From NCBI RefSeq assembly GCF_009617975.1, contig NZ_CP040089.1:450001-482000 (forward strand): a DNA stretch of 32,000 nucleotides, written 5' to 3'. This document shows, one piece after another, positions 8,844 through 16,207 of the stretch. The notes below the pieces were generated by a model. It made no database searches, was not told where the DNA came from, and was given only the letters and a program-made list of their open reading frames with translations. The position numbers were made by a program, and so were the translations under genes. Positions within the stretch are counted from its first letter, which is position 1; each line of letters starts with the position of its first letter. The stretch comes from Candidatus Nanohalobium constans. Its GTDB lineage: Archaea; Nanohalarchaeota; Nanosalinia; Nanosalinales; Nanosalinaceae.

Positions 8844-8916
8844 GGCGGGATGGTGTAGTGGACTATCATTGGCCGTTTGGGACGGCCAGACCCCGGTTCA
8901 AATCCAGATCCTGCCA
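8844..8916 (+). tRNA. tRNA-Pro (anticodon UGG), 73 nt, no encoded CCA; T-stem has two C-A mismatches
   Basis: Manual fold. Acceptor GGCGGGA/TCCTGCC has 7 bp including one G-U. D-arm GTGT/TCAT with GG in the loop. Anticodon stem GGCCG/CGGCC with loop TTTGGGA. T-loop TTCAAAT. Discriminator A. T-stem CCCGG/CCAGA pairs at only 3 of 5 positions. Confidence 0.65.
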
Positions 8917-9098
8917 GCCTATTAGCCGTGCAAATCCTTCTTTTGCCGTGTTTTTTCCCGTTCCTTCCTTCGATTGTATAGGTTTCATCAGAAATATGCT
9001 TAAAGATTTTTAAAAAGATGTTCCGCTTATTTGCCGCCATATTTGGACTGTATAAGCAGTTTTTCTGGGTTTAGAATGCTCCTCTGGGAAATGAGAAA

Positions 9099-9392
9099 TC
9101 AGACCCGTGCCTTGATTCTTTGTATCGACTTCTGTGTGTAGGCATCGTCGCGGTGTTCGACACCAAGAACCACGACCTTCCTGCCGTCAAGCTTGAAGAA
9201 AACTCTGTGGTCCAGCTCGTCGTCCTTGAGCTTCAATCGAAAGATCTCCAGACCCTGCTTGCTCATAAGAGAGGTATTCTCACCGAGAGGGCTTTCCCTC
9301 AATTCCTCCATCTTGGTCCGTATCTGTCTCTGAACCTGTTCATCCATTTCCTTCAGGTCCTCGACAGCACCGTCCCGTACTTCGAGTTTCAT
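9099..9392 (-). CDS. RelE/ParE-family type II toxin
   Basis: 97 aa. C-terminal pattern IFRLKLKDDELDHRVFFKLDGRKVVVLGVEHRDDAY matches the RelE/ParE fold signature (R.R.G.yR..y......v.vl.v.hR..aY). Its ATG overlaps the upstream gene's stop (ATGA at 9389..9392). Confidence 0.75.
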   Translation of the reverse strand: MKLEVRDGAVEDLKEMDEQVQRQIRTKMEELRESPLGENTSLMSKQGLEIFRLKLKDDELDHRVFFKLDGRKVVVLGVEHRDDAYTQKSIQRIKARV

Positions 9393-9637
9393 TCAGACAA
9401 CCCAAGCTCCTCGTCCAACTCTTCCAGCGTGTAACCATCTGACTCGCCTTCCTCGTACTCTCTCAACCGTCTCCGTAGCTTCTCCGCTATCTCTGGCCGC
9501 AGTACAAGATCTTCTTCGACCTTGTCACGGAGTGCTTCACGGACATACTCAGAGGTACTGTTGTAGTTTTTCCTCTCAGCTACGGCTTCGATCTCGTTTT
9601 TCTGGTTATCTGGAAGTTTGATCGTCAACGATGCCAC
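9389..9637 (-). CDS. Ribbon-helix-helix (CopG-like) antitoxin
   Basis: 82 aa. N-terminal beta-strand plus helices (SLTIKLPDNQKNEIEAVAE...SEYVREALRDK) typical of RHH antitoxins. Acidic C-terminal tail. GTG start. AT-rich TATA-like aaaattttaaaaatg lies about 35-45 nt upstream. Confidence 0.7.
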   Translation of the reverse strand: MASLTIKLPDNQKNEIEAVAERKNYNSTSEYVREALRDKVEEDLVLRPEIAEKLRRRLREYEEGESDGYTLEELDEELGLSE

Positions 9638-9749
9638 CGTAATATCACCATAGTCATACTATAGTAAGAAAATTTTAAAAATGTATTTCGTCCCGGAAAA
9701 TCGTGTTGAACTCATATAGTTTGATCTCACTGTGATTGTCCGAGAAAGA

Positions 9750-9840
9750 GGTGGGGGTCAGTCACGGCTTCGGTTGGGTGTCGACCACGCCGGTTCGATT
9801 GGTAGCCAGTGAACGGTTGATTCAGTGGCGGGTCCTGCCA
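9750..9840. other. GC-rich, hairpin-rich non-coding island of unknown function (possible small RNA or tRNA-derived remnant)
   Basis: Visibly GC-rich against the AT-rich flanks. It contains a cUUCGg-type hairpin (CGGC-TTCG-GTTG, 9765..9776), a T-loop-like GCCGGTTCGATTGG, an 8-bp imperfect hairpin CCAGTGAA/TTCAGTGG, and ends in TGGCGGGTCCTGCCA (9826..9840). I could not fold it as a canonical tRNA on either strand. Confidence 0.3.
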
Positions 9841-9887
9841 ATTACATATTCCCACATTTCATAGGGAGTCAGGTTCCTGTTATCCTA

Positions 9888-11489
9888 CTATGTAGCTTGT
9901 CGTAGGATTTCTGCAGTATCTTCTGATCCTATCGAAAGAATTAGTCGGGAAAGTCTCGGACCGCTTTCTCTACCTAGCATAACTTTGTACATTGCATCGA
10001 AGAACTCTCCTGTTCCAAGCTCTGATTCTTCCTTTACATCAAAGATTTTACCATCTAAGTCGTCTTGATCTGTCCAGTCCTCTGTTTCCAGCATTTCTGC
10101 CAACAGCTTTGCTGCTTCTCTTTCTTCTTCGCTAAGTTTTTCCTTTATCTCTTCTGATACTTCGTAGTTTATCTCGTAGACATATTCTTCGGGAGCGTAG
10201 TCTCTTGCCCAGTTCTTGGCTCTTTCTAATCTTTCTAAAGTTCTCTGTTTGTCTTCTTCGGAGATTTCTTCCGGCAGGTGACCGGTTCTTCGAAGTGATT
10301 CGAAACCTTTACTCTCCCACTTTTCCTCTGGTACTGTCTGTGCGATGAAAGATGCCTGTTTGAACGGAACTCGGACAGGCTCTTCATCCGGTATTTCTAC
10401 CATCGCTATTTCGTATACGCGTTTCCTGTGCTTTCTTTCTCTGTCGTTGTCGAGCTCGTCCGGGTTGAAGTACTGGTGTTCTATCTTGTCGAATTTCTCG
10501 TATCTCTGGAATATTTCCTCATCCTCGAAAGGTATCTCGAATGCCTTGTTTGGCTTTGTGTTGGAGAACAGGAATCGTATCATTTCCGGGCTGTAGACTT
10601 TCTTCAACTCTGTAATCGTGAATACATCTTCTCCAGAACTCGAGGAAATCTTTCCGCCGTCTTTTGTCACGAATTCGTACATCTGGTGGACTGGTGGTTC
10701 TTTGTCGAATATTTTCTCCGCTAGCTCGTTCCCTGTGTCTCTGCTTCCTCCTGATGCAGAGTGTTCTTTCCCTGCTGGTTCAAAGTCGACTCCTTCATAT
10801 TTCCAGCGCATAGGCCAGTCTACACGCCATGGAAGTTTGACAGAAGGATGTTCTTTGAAGTTCAACTCTAGATCTTCTCCACATTCATCGCAGTGGTATT
10901 CTACAGTGTATTCGCCGTCGTAGTCCGTTACTTCTGTATAGTCTTTGCCGCATTCTTTGCAGTAGACTCTTAGTGGGAAGTATGGTTCTTCGAGTGGTTC
11001 TTTCCTGTATTTGTCGAGTATTTGTTTGATTTCTTCCCTGTTCTGCATTGCATGTTTGATTTGTTCTGTGTAGTCGCCGTTCTTGAATTTCTTGCTTTGC
11101 CTGATGAATTCTATGTCCATGTGCATGCCTTCCAGTTCTTCCTCTAGTCGGGCTTCGAAGTGGTCGGCGTAGCTGTCGTGGCATCCTTCCGGGTCAGGCA
11201 CTTCCACAAGCGGAAGTCCAAGATACTGCTCCCATTCATCAGGTACATTGGAAGGAACCTTTCTGAAACGGTCGTAATCATCCCAGGAATAGATAAATCG
11301 AACATCTTCGCCCCTATTCTTCAAAGACTTGACAACAAAGTCGGTTGTAATTATCTCCCGGAAATTTCCAGCATGTACAAGGCCTGAAGGACTGATCCCT
11401 GATGCGCAGACATATGTGTCTTGGTCTGGGAATTTGCGTGTTACTCCGAAGGCCAGTTGATCTGACCAAAACAGCGGCTGTTCACTCAT
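9888..11489 (-). CDS. lysK: Lysyl-tRNA synthetase, class I
   Basis: 533 aa. ASGISPSGLVHAGNFRE (HIGH-type motif of class I LysRS), KISSSSGE (KMSKS-type), an internal Cys cluster (CKECG...CDECG), and the WRVDWPMRW block characteristic of LysK. Confidence 0.92.
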   Translation of the reverse strand: MSEQPLFWSDQLAFGVTRKFPDQDTYVCASGISPSGLVHAGNFREIITTDFVVKSLKNRGEDVRFIYSWDDYDRFRKVPSNVPDEWEQYLGLPLVEVPDPEGCHDSYADHFEARLEEELEGMHMDIEFIRQSKKFKNGDYTEQIKHAMQNREEIKQILDKYRKEPLEEPYFPLRVYCKECGKDYTEVTDYDGEYTVEYHCDECGEDLELNFKEHPSVKLPWRVDWPMRWKYEGVDFEPAGKEHSASGGSRDTGNELAEKIFDKEPPVHQMYEFVTKDGGKISSSSGEDVFTITELKKVYSPEMIRFLFSNTKPNKAFEIPFEDEEIFQRYEKFDKIEHQYFNPDELDNDRERKHRKRVYEIAMVEIPDEEPVRVPFKQASFIAQTVPEEKWESKGFESLRRTGHLPEEISEEDKQRTLERLERAKNWARDYAPEEYVYEINYEVSEEIKEKLSEEEREAAKLLAEMLETEDWTDQDDLDGKIFDVKEESELGTGEFFDAMYKVMLGRESGPRLSRLILSIGSEDTAEILRQAT

Positions 11490-11516
11490 CTTATCTCCCC
11501 GCTGTTTTTGGTTTCA

Positions 11517-11535
11517 GAAATTTCTTGGAAATTTC
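11517..11535. promoter_or_regulatory. Tandem 8-bp palindromes GAAATTTC-TTG-GAAATTTC upstream of lysK
   Basis: Exact duplicate of the self-complementary octamer, 28-46 nt upstream of the lysK ATG (11489), inside the lysK/M50 divergent intergenic region. Candidate operator; function unproven. Confidence 0.3.
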
Positions 11536-11649
11536 GGGTCCAGAATAGGGGTTGATCTGTCATAGGGATTGTTATTTATGCGAATTTTTTATAGTACCTG
11601 AGCTGGTTTGTATGAGGGTTTTTAACTTAGAGTCTTCGGTGTTTTGTGT

Positions 11650-12837
11650 ATGGATACTGCGACTTTGAGATTCGGTTTTCTTTTGGGTATGGTTGGTTTG
11701 ATTTTTGCACTTTTGTGGCGTGATCGGGAGAATGTTGAACGCTCTGGAATTCTTTTCTATCGGAGGACGAAGAATGGTTTGGATCTTATTGACCGGGTTG
11801 CTAAGAGGTTTCCTCGTTTCTGGAAGGTTTATTCTTGGGGCGGGGTTTTGGCTGCGGCTGTGTCTGTGCCGTTGATTTTTTACTCCATTTATGAACTTGT
11901 TTTGAAGGTTGTGCGGACGGGTCAGCCAGCCGAGGGTGCTGGAGTGGTTTATCCTTCTACCGGGAGCACTATTTCTCAGAGTGCAGGTGCTATCGGTGTG
12001 CCTGCTGAGTACTGGTTTATTTCGATTGGAATACTAATGGTTGTCCATGAGTTGAGTCATGGTGTTATTGCGAGGGCTCAGGACTTCGATATTAATTCTG
12101 TAGGTGTCTTGGTGCTTGGAGTTATTCCGGGTGCTTTTGTTGAGCCGAAGGGTAGTGGTTTGCCTGGTGATGATGGAGGTGATGAGGCTAAGCCTCACGG
12201 TGCCTGGGATCAGGGAGACTGGATTTCCCGTGTCAAGGTTTTGGCGGCTGGAAGCTGGGCGAACTATCTTACTGCTGGTTTGTTCCTGGTACTGGCTTTA
12301 GGTTTTACTTCAGCAACCTCTAATCCCGCGGGAATTGTTTATCAGGCTCAGGATGACTTTCCTGCTGGTGAAGCCGGTATGACGAACGGTACTCTTCAGG
12401 CTGTCGGAAATCAGACTGTGGCTGATATTTCGGATATCAAGGCTGCTACCGAGGGTTTGCAGTCAGGTGATTCGTTAGAATTGGTTACTACTGAGGGAAA
12501 CTTTTCTGTCACAGCTACTTCGAAGGAAGGATTTGATGGAGGTTATCTGGGGCTTCAGTTCCTAAGTGTTGATAGAGAGTACAAGGATGGTCTGAAATCT
12601 TTCAGCGGGTTTTTGTCCTGGTTCGGAGGCTTACTGAATATTGTGGCGTTTCTGAACCTGGGTATTGGAATGTTTAACATGTTCCCTGCTAAGCCGCTTG
12701 ATGGGGGTCATATCTTGGATGCAGTTATTGAACGGTTTGCTGGTGAGGAGTATACTCAGTATGTGAATGCCTGGTCAGGAGCAGTTCTTTTGCTGTTGGT
12801 TGGTGTTATAGTTTACAGCATCATCGGTCCGTTCTAG
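11650..12837 (+). CDS. M50-family site-2 protease (RseP/S2P-like zinc metalloprotease) with a PDZ-like insert
   Basis: HELSHGVIA (HExxH in a TM segment) and NLGIGMFNMFPAKPLDGGH (NxxPxxxLDG motif), with multiple TM segments. The track start at 11644 is TTG; ATG at 11650 is preferred. Confidence 0.85.
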   Translation: MDTATLRFGFLLGMVGLIFALLWRDRENVERSGILFYRRTKNGLDLIDRVAKRFPRFWKVYSWGGVLAAAVSVPLIFYSIYELVLKVVRTGQPAEGAGVVYPSTGSTISQSAGAIGVPAEYWFISIGILMVVHELSHGVIARAQDFDINSVGVLVLGVIPGAFVEPKGSGLPGDDGGDEAKPHGAWDQGDWISRVKVLAAGSWANYLTAGLFLVLALGFTSATSNPAGIVYQAQDDFPAGEAGMTNGTLQAVGNQTVADISDIKAATEGLQSGDSLELVTTEGNFSVTATSKEGFDGGYLGLQFLSVDREYKDGLKSFSGFLSWFGGLLNIVAFLNLGIGMFNMFPAKPLDGGHILDAVIERFAGEEYTQYVNAWSGAVLLLLVGVIVYSIIGPF

Positions 12838-12881
12838 GATTTCCATTCCTTTCTTAATTTTTCATTTCCACTTTCTTTTCT

Positions 12882-13187
12882 ATGACTCATAAAATTGAAG
12901 TCGTTGATAGGGACGAAGTAGTTGAGGCTGAGGACGGACAAGATATACTTCAGGCTCTGCTGCATGGCGGTGTTGAATGGATGCATGCCTGTGGTGGTTT
13001 CTGCAACTGTACTACTTGTCGTGTCAAGGTGGAAGAGGGTATGGAGAATCTTAGTGAGATGCAGGAGGATGAGAAGAATACTCTGCGGCGTTTCCAGGGA
13101 GAAGAAGTCTTGGAAGGTCCTTTCCGATTGAGTTGTCAGGCTGATGTTCACGGCGATATCAAGATTTCGGAGCCGGAGTGGTACTGA
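12882..13187 (+). CDS. fdx: [2Fe-2S] ferredoxin
   Basis: 101 aa, acidic. Cluster-binding ACGGFCNCTTCRV (C-x4-C-x2-C) plus the distal RLSCQ cysteine. Confidence 0.85.
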   Translation: MTHKIEVVDRDEVVEAEDGQDILQALLHGGVEWMHACGGFCNCTTCRVKVEEGMENLSEMQEDEKNTLRRFQGEEVLEGPFRLSCQADVHGDIKISEPEWY

Positions 13188-13189
13188 AT

Positions 13190-13585
13190 ATGAATCCTAG
13201 GAGTCATGCGGTAATTTCTCTTGTTCTCGGTCTTTTGCTTGGAGTTTTGAAGCAGGAGTTGTTTGTTGAGGTTGTCTTTGTGGCTTTTGTTTCCGGTACT
13301 TTGATTGATGTGGATCACTTTGTGGTTGGTCGTTTTGTGCATGGTGACTGGCGTTTTTTGAAGTCTACTTTCTCCAGTTTCTGGGCTTCGGTAACGGATG
13401 TTCAATCGGTTGTCGGTGAAGAGGAAGAGTTTGGACCACTTTACAGGATTTTCTCTCATTCAGTGATACTGATGATTTTGATGATTGCTGGTTTCTACAG
13501 TGATATTTTACTGATTGAGGTTGCCGCTGTTTCTACAGGAGTTCATCTGTTGTCTGATCTGTATGCGGATGTGTTTCTCTGGTAA
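13190..13585 (+). CDS. Small membrane protein, DUF457/YdjM-like metal-dependent hydrolase family (tentative)
   Basis: N-terminal PRSHAVISL and LIDVDHF motifs set in hydrophobic helices. ATG at 13190 lies just after the ferredoxin stop (the track start 13178 is GTG inside fdx). Confidence 0.55.
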   Translation: MNPRSHAVISLVLGLLLGVLKQELFVEVVFVAFVSGTLIDVDHFVVGRFVHGDWRFLKSTFSSFWASVTDVQSVVGEEEEFGPLYRIFSHSVILMILMIAGFYSDILLIEVAAVSTGVHLLSDLYADVFLW

Positions 13586-13624
13586 ATCCAAAGAATTAGA
13601 AGAATAAGAGAACAAGTATTTAAC

Positions 13625-13732
13625 ATGGTGGATTTTACATGCTGGAACTGTGGGTTGGAGATGCGTAAGCATGTTGCGTGTGAGTTGAAGTGCGATAACT
13701 GTGGTTTTATCCGTGATTGTTCTGATCCTTAG
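13625..13732 (+). CDS. 35-aa zinc-ribbon micro-protein (below the ORF-track length cut-off)
   Basis: ATG..TAG ORF: MVDFTCWNCGLEMRKHVACELKCDNCGFIRDCSDP, with CxxC-x9-C-x3-C-x2-C spacing. The overlapping 114-aa minus-strand track ORF lacks acidic composition or motifs. Confidence 0.45.
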   Translation: MVDFTCWNCGLEMRKHVACELKCDNCGFIRDCSDP

Positions 13733-13982
13733 TTCTGTAGACTCTTTGGTATGTATGTTTGTTACATAGGCCGAGCATTGTCTGGTTTTTGCATCCCTCT
13801 CTGCAGCATTCTCTAAACATCCTGTTTCTGACTTCTCCTTTATTTTAACCATTCATGCAGAAAACCATATATTATATAAAAGTTGTGGTAAATCACATTG
13901 GTGTAGCTATTAAGTGTAATGGTTTTTCGGGTTTGGACCGAAAACATTATAACTTTTTGTTATCTAATGGTGATAATATATT

Positions 13983-14165
13983 ATGGAAACAGTTGACTGC
14001 CCCTACTGTGGAGAAACCTTTGAAGGAGAAAGCGAAGCAGATGCTAGAACCAAGGAAGGTGTCCACAGAGCAGAGAATCATGTGAACAACAACGAGTCTA
14101 CAAAGAAGGCTTCCAAAGGAAGAAATATCGTCGATGAATGGAAGTCAGAAGGCAAAAGAGCCTAA
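13983..14165 (+). CDS. 60-aa small zinc-finger protein (CxxC...H...H)
   Basis: METVDCPYCGETFEGESEADARTKEGVHRAENH has C2H2-like spacing and a basic tail. An AT-rich TATA-like stretch (cattataactttttg) lies about 30 nt upstream. Confidence 0.55.
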   Translation: METVDCPYCGETFEGESEADARTKEGVHRAENHVNNNESTKKASKGRNIVDEWKSEGKRA

Positions 14166-14194
14166 CTGACTCGTTTTTCTAACACTAAACTTTC

Positions 14195-15133
14195 CTACTC
14201 TTTTTCTTTAACATCTACAGCCTTCTCCAACTGATTAGAACCTTTCCGAATAGTTACTTCAGTTACTCCAGCTGTCTCAGCAACTTCTCTTTGAGTCAGT
14301 TTTTCTCCCATCGATTTAGCTGCCATGTAGATTGCTGCTGCGGCTATACCGTCCGGGCTTCTACCGGATGTCAATCCTTTATCTCTTGCTTCAAGGATAA
14401 TTCTTCGGGCTTCTGCCTGAACTTCTCCAGAAACACTGAGCTCCGAGCAGTAGCGGGATACGAAGTCCTCTGCTCTTACTGGTTCTACATCGATATCAAG
14501 TTCTTTTGCCAGGTAACGGTAGTTTTTACCTAGTTCTCTCTCGGAGATCCCGGAAGCCTCGCTGAACTCTTTCAAAGTCCTAGGAACTCTCTGGTTCCTG
14601 GCTACAATAAATACTGAGGAAGCAGCTATCTTCTCGATTTTTCTTCCCTTGACAACTTCTTCATCGATGGCTTTGTCGTAAAGCCTTGCTGATTCCTCTT
14701 CTACTGAGTTAGGCAGGTTAAGCTGGTTGATTATATCTGAGATTTGATTCAATGCGGTCTTCAGGTTTCTTGACTTGGAGCCAGAGCTTCTGCTGTGCCA
14801 TTTCCTTAATCTGTAGTATTGTCCTCTTTTATCTGGAGATACGTTTCTCATGCTTCCGGATCCGATCTCCGTGGAGATGCCTTTGTCGTGTCTTGTGAAG
14901 GTTATCTTGCTTCCTGATCTCTCCTTATCTTTTCGGTCCTCTGCTGAGAAGGTTCTGGGTCCGGATGTATCAACTTTATCCTCTTCTACAACTGTTCCGC
15001 AGTCTCTGCAGAATAGTTCGCCGGTCGCACTGTCGCTTTCAAACTCTTTTGCGCCGCAGTTCGGGCATTGGAGTACTTCTGGTTTCTCAGTGTTTTCTTT
15101 AGTTTCGATCGTATCGGTGTTTTGGCTGTTCAT
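14195..15133 (-). CDS. tfb: Transcription initiation factor IIB (TFB)
   Basis: N-terminal zinc ribbon CPNCGAKEF...CRDCGTVVEE, a B-reader/linker, two cyclin-fold repeats (SVFIVARNQRVPRTLKEF; AAAAIYMAAKSMGEKLTQREVA), 312 aa. Confidence 0.93.
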   Translation of the reverse strand: MNSQNTDTIETKENTEKPEVLQCPNCGAKEFESDSATGELFCRDCGTVVEEDKVDTSGPRTFSAEDRKDKERSGSKITFTRHDKGISTEIGSGSMRNVSPDKRGQYYRLRKWHSRSSGSKSRNLKTALNQISDIINQLNLPNSVEEESARLYDKAIDEEVVKGRKIEKIAASSVFIVARNQRVPRTLKEFSEASGISERELGKNYRYLAKELDIDVEPVRAEDFVSRYCSELSVSGEVQAEARRIILEARDKGLTSGRSPDGIAAAAIYMAAKSMGEKLTQREVAETAGVTEVTIRKGSNQLEKAVDVKEKE

Positions 15134-15266
15134 AACTCATTAACATCAAGTAAATTACTTAAGGTTATCGGGTACTTCTGTGTAATCTTCTGTTCATTCA
15201 GGTCTTTTGTTGAATAGTGGTCGAGGCGGTGAAACATACTTTAAACTGGTTGTTGAAGACTGATTC

Positions 15267-15629
15267 ATGAACTTGGAGAACTTGATTCCTGATGATTATG
15301 GTCAACTTGAAAACTCTGACTTAGCTCTTTCCGAGGGACGAATCCGGCGCTTGATGCGGGAGAGAATGGACGACGATCAGACGCTTGACGGAGATGTACC
15401 GCATGTAATAAACTGTGTCCTGTCAGAGATGCTTGATGAGATTATTGATGAAACTATTGATGAAGCAGAGTATATGGCGAAGGTTAAGGAAAGCCATATG
15501 CGTGTTGCTTTGCGTAATGTTGAGATTAAGGAGGATTACAGTGCTCAGACCCGTGAATTTGTCGACCAATTGCGAAGTATCTCTGAACAGATGGAGAAAA
15601 CAGCTGAGAGAATAGAGGAGCAGGACTAA
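15267..15629 (+). CDS. Acidic 120-aa protein, possibly histone-fold-like
   Basis: ATG start with ctttaaac TATA-like element about 24 nt upstream (leaderless geometry). The segment GRIRRLMRE-(loop)-VPHVINCVLSEMLDEIIDETIDEAEYM-(AKVKESH)-MRVALRNVE has helix-loop-long helix-loop-helix lengths like an archaeal histone fold. Similarity was judged by eye only. Confidence 0.55.
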   Translation: MNLENLIPDDYGQLENSDLALSEGRIRRLMRERMDDDQTLDGDVPHVINCVLSEMLDEIIDETIDEAEYMAKVKESHMRVALRNVEIKEDYSAQTREFVDQLRSISEQMEKTAERIEEQD

Positions 15630-15689
15630 CTTGCTCCTAACTTTTTTATGAACAAATCAGCTTAGAATAGCTTAGGTGATCGAAATAAG

Positions 15690-15926
15690 ATGAAAGATGT
15701 TAATTACCTGGACTGGGCTTCGCTCGTCCTGATAATTGTCGGAGCAGTAAACTGGGGATTAGTCGGACTAGCAATGATCTCAGGTGCAGAGAGAAACGCA
15801 TACAATGTAGTCAATTTACTGCTGGGGCAGCTAGGACCGCAGTTTGAAGCAATTATTTACCTTCTCGTAGGACTATCTGGACTCTACCAGGTCTACTTCG
15901 GATACCAGCTGTATGAAGAACAGTAA
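15690..15926 (+). CDS. DUF378-family small membrane protein
   Basis: 78 aa. LDWASLVLIIVGAVNWGLVGL and IIYLLVGLSGLYQV match the two-TM DUF378 pattern (iGalNWGLvG). Confidence 0.75.
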   Translation: MKDVNYLDWASLVLIIVGAVNWGLVGLAMISGAERNAYNVVNLLLGQLGPQFEAIIYLLVGLSGLYQVYFGYQLYEEQ

Positions 15927-15950
15927 AAAAGGGAAAAAACACCTCCCTCC

Positions 15951-16169
15951 TTATTCATCTTCTTTTTCTTCAACCTGGAAATCAGCCTCCTCAACGCCTG
16001 GCTGACCCATGCCGTCCATTAAGTCATCAGTCATATCAAACATATCCTCCATCTCACCCTGCATAGCACTCAACTGACTCATCATCTTATGACGGACATA
16101 CAAAACAACTCCTAAACCGCCAACCAGTAAACCTGCGAAGAAACCTACTATCAAGCTAAATGATTCCAT
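15951..16169 (-). CDS. Small N-terminally anchored acidic, Met-rich protein
   Basis: 72 aa. One TM (LIVGFFAGLLVGGLGVVLYV) followed by an M/D/E-rich tail. ATG start. No family recognised. Confidence 0.45.
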   Translation of the reverse strand: MESFSLIVGFFAGLLVGGLGVVLYVRHKMMSQLSAMQGEMEDMFDMTDDLMDGMGQPGVEEADFQVEEKEDE

Positions 16170-16207
16170 AACTAATCTATTTGGGCTACTGAATGAAAAA
16201 CCTTTAT

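Noticed and set aside
8825-9040. 71-aa minus-strand ORF overlapping the tRNA-Pro locus.
   Set aside because: Its 3' portion is simply the reverse complement of the tRNA gene (..GSGFEPGSGRPKRP..). It has no coding-like composition.
8917-9840. The idea that a complete integrative element or provirus is inserted at tRNA-Pro.
   Set aside because: There is no integrase, replication or structural gene. Only a 0.9-kb TA cassette lies between the tRNA and the acceptor-strand copy, and the repeat is only 15 nt. It is kept as a low-confidence scar hypothesis rather than a mobile-element call.
9750-9840. Attempt to fold the GC-rich island as a tRNA, split-tRNA half or permuted tRNA.
   Set aside because: GGTGGGG can pair with TCCTGCC only through three G-U pairs. 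No D-arm is present. The T-loop-like GGTTCGATT lacks a complementary 3' stem, and the hairpin next to the 3' end has no T-loop consensus. No canonical model fits on either strand.
12834-13459. Minus-strand ORFs 12834..13151 and 13148..13459, opposite the ferredoxin and DUF457 genes.
   Set aside because: The plus-strand genes carry diagnostic motifs (the Cys cluster and DVDH). The antisense ORFs have none.
13508-13852. 114-aa minus-strand ORF and 76-aa plus-strand ORF (13855..14085) in the AT-rich gap downstream of (convergent with) tfb.
   Set aside because: Their composition is unlike the acidic proteome and they have no motifs. The same DNA encodes short plus-strand ORFs with clear Cys/His zinc-binding spacing, which I consider more plausible, though unproven.
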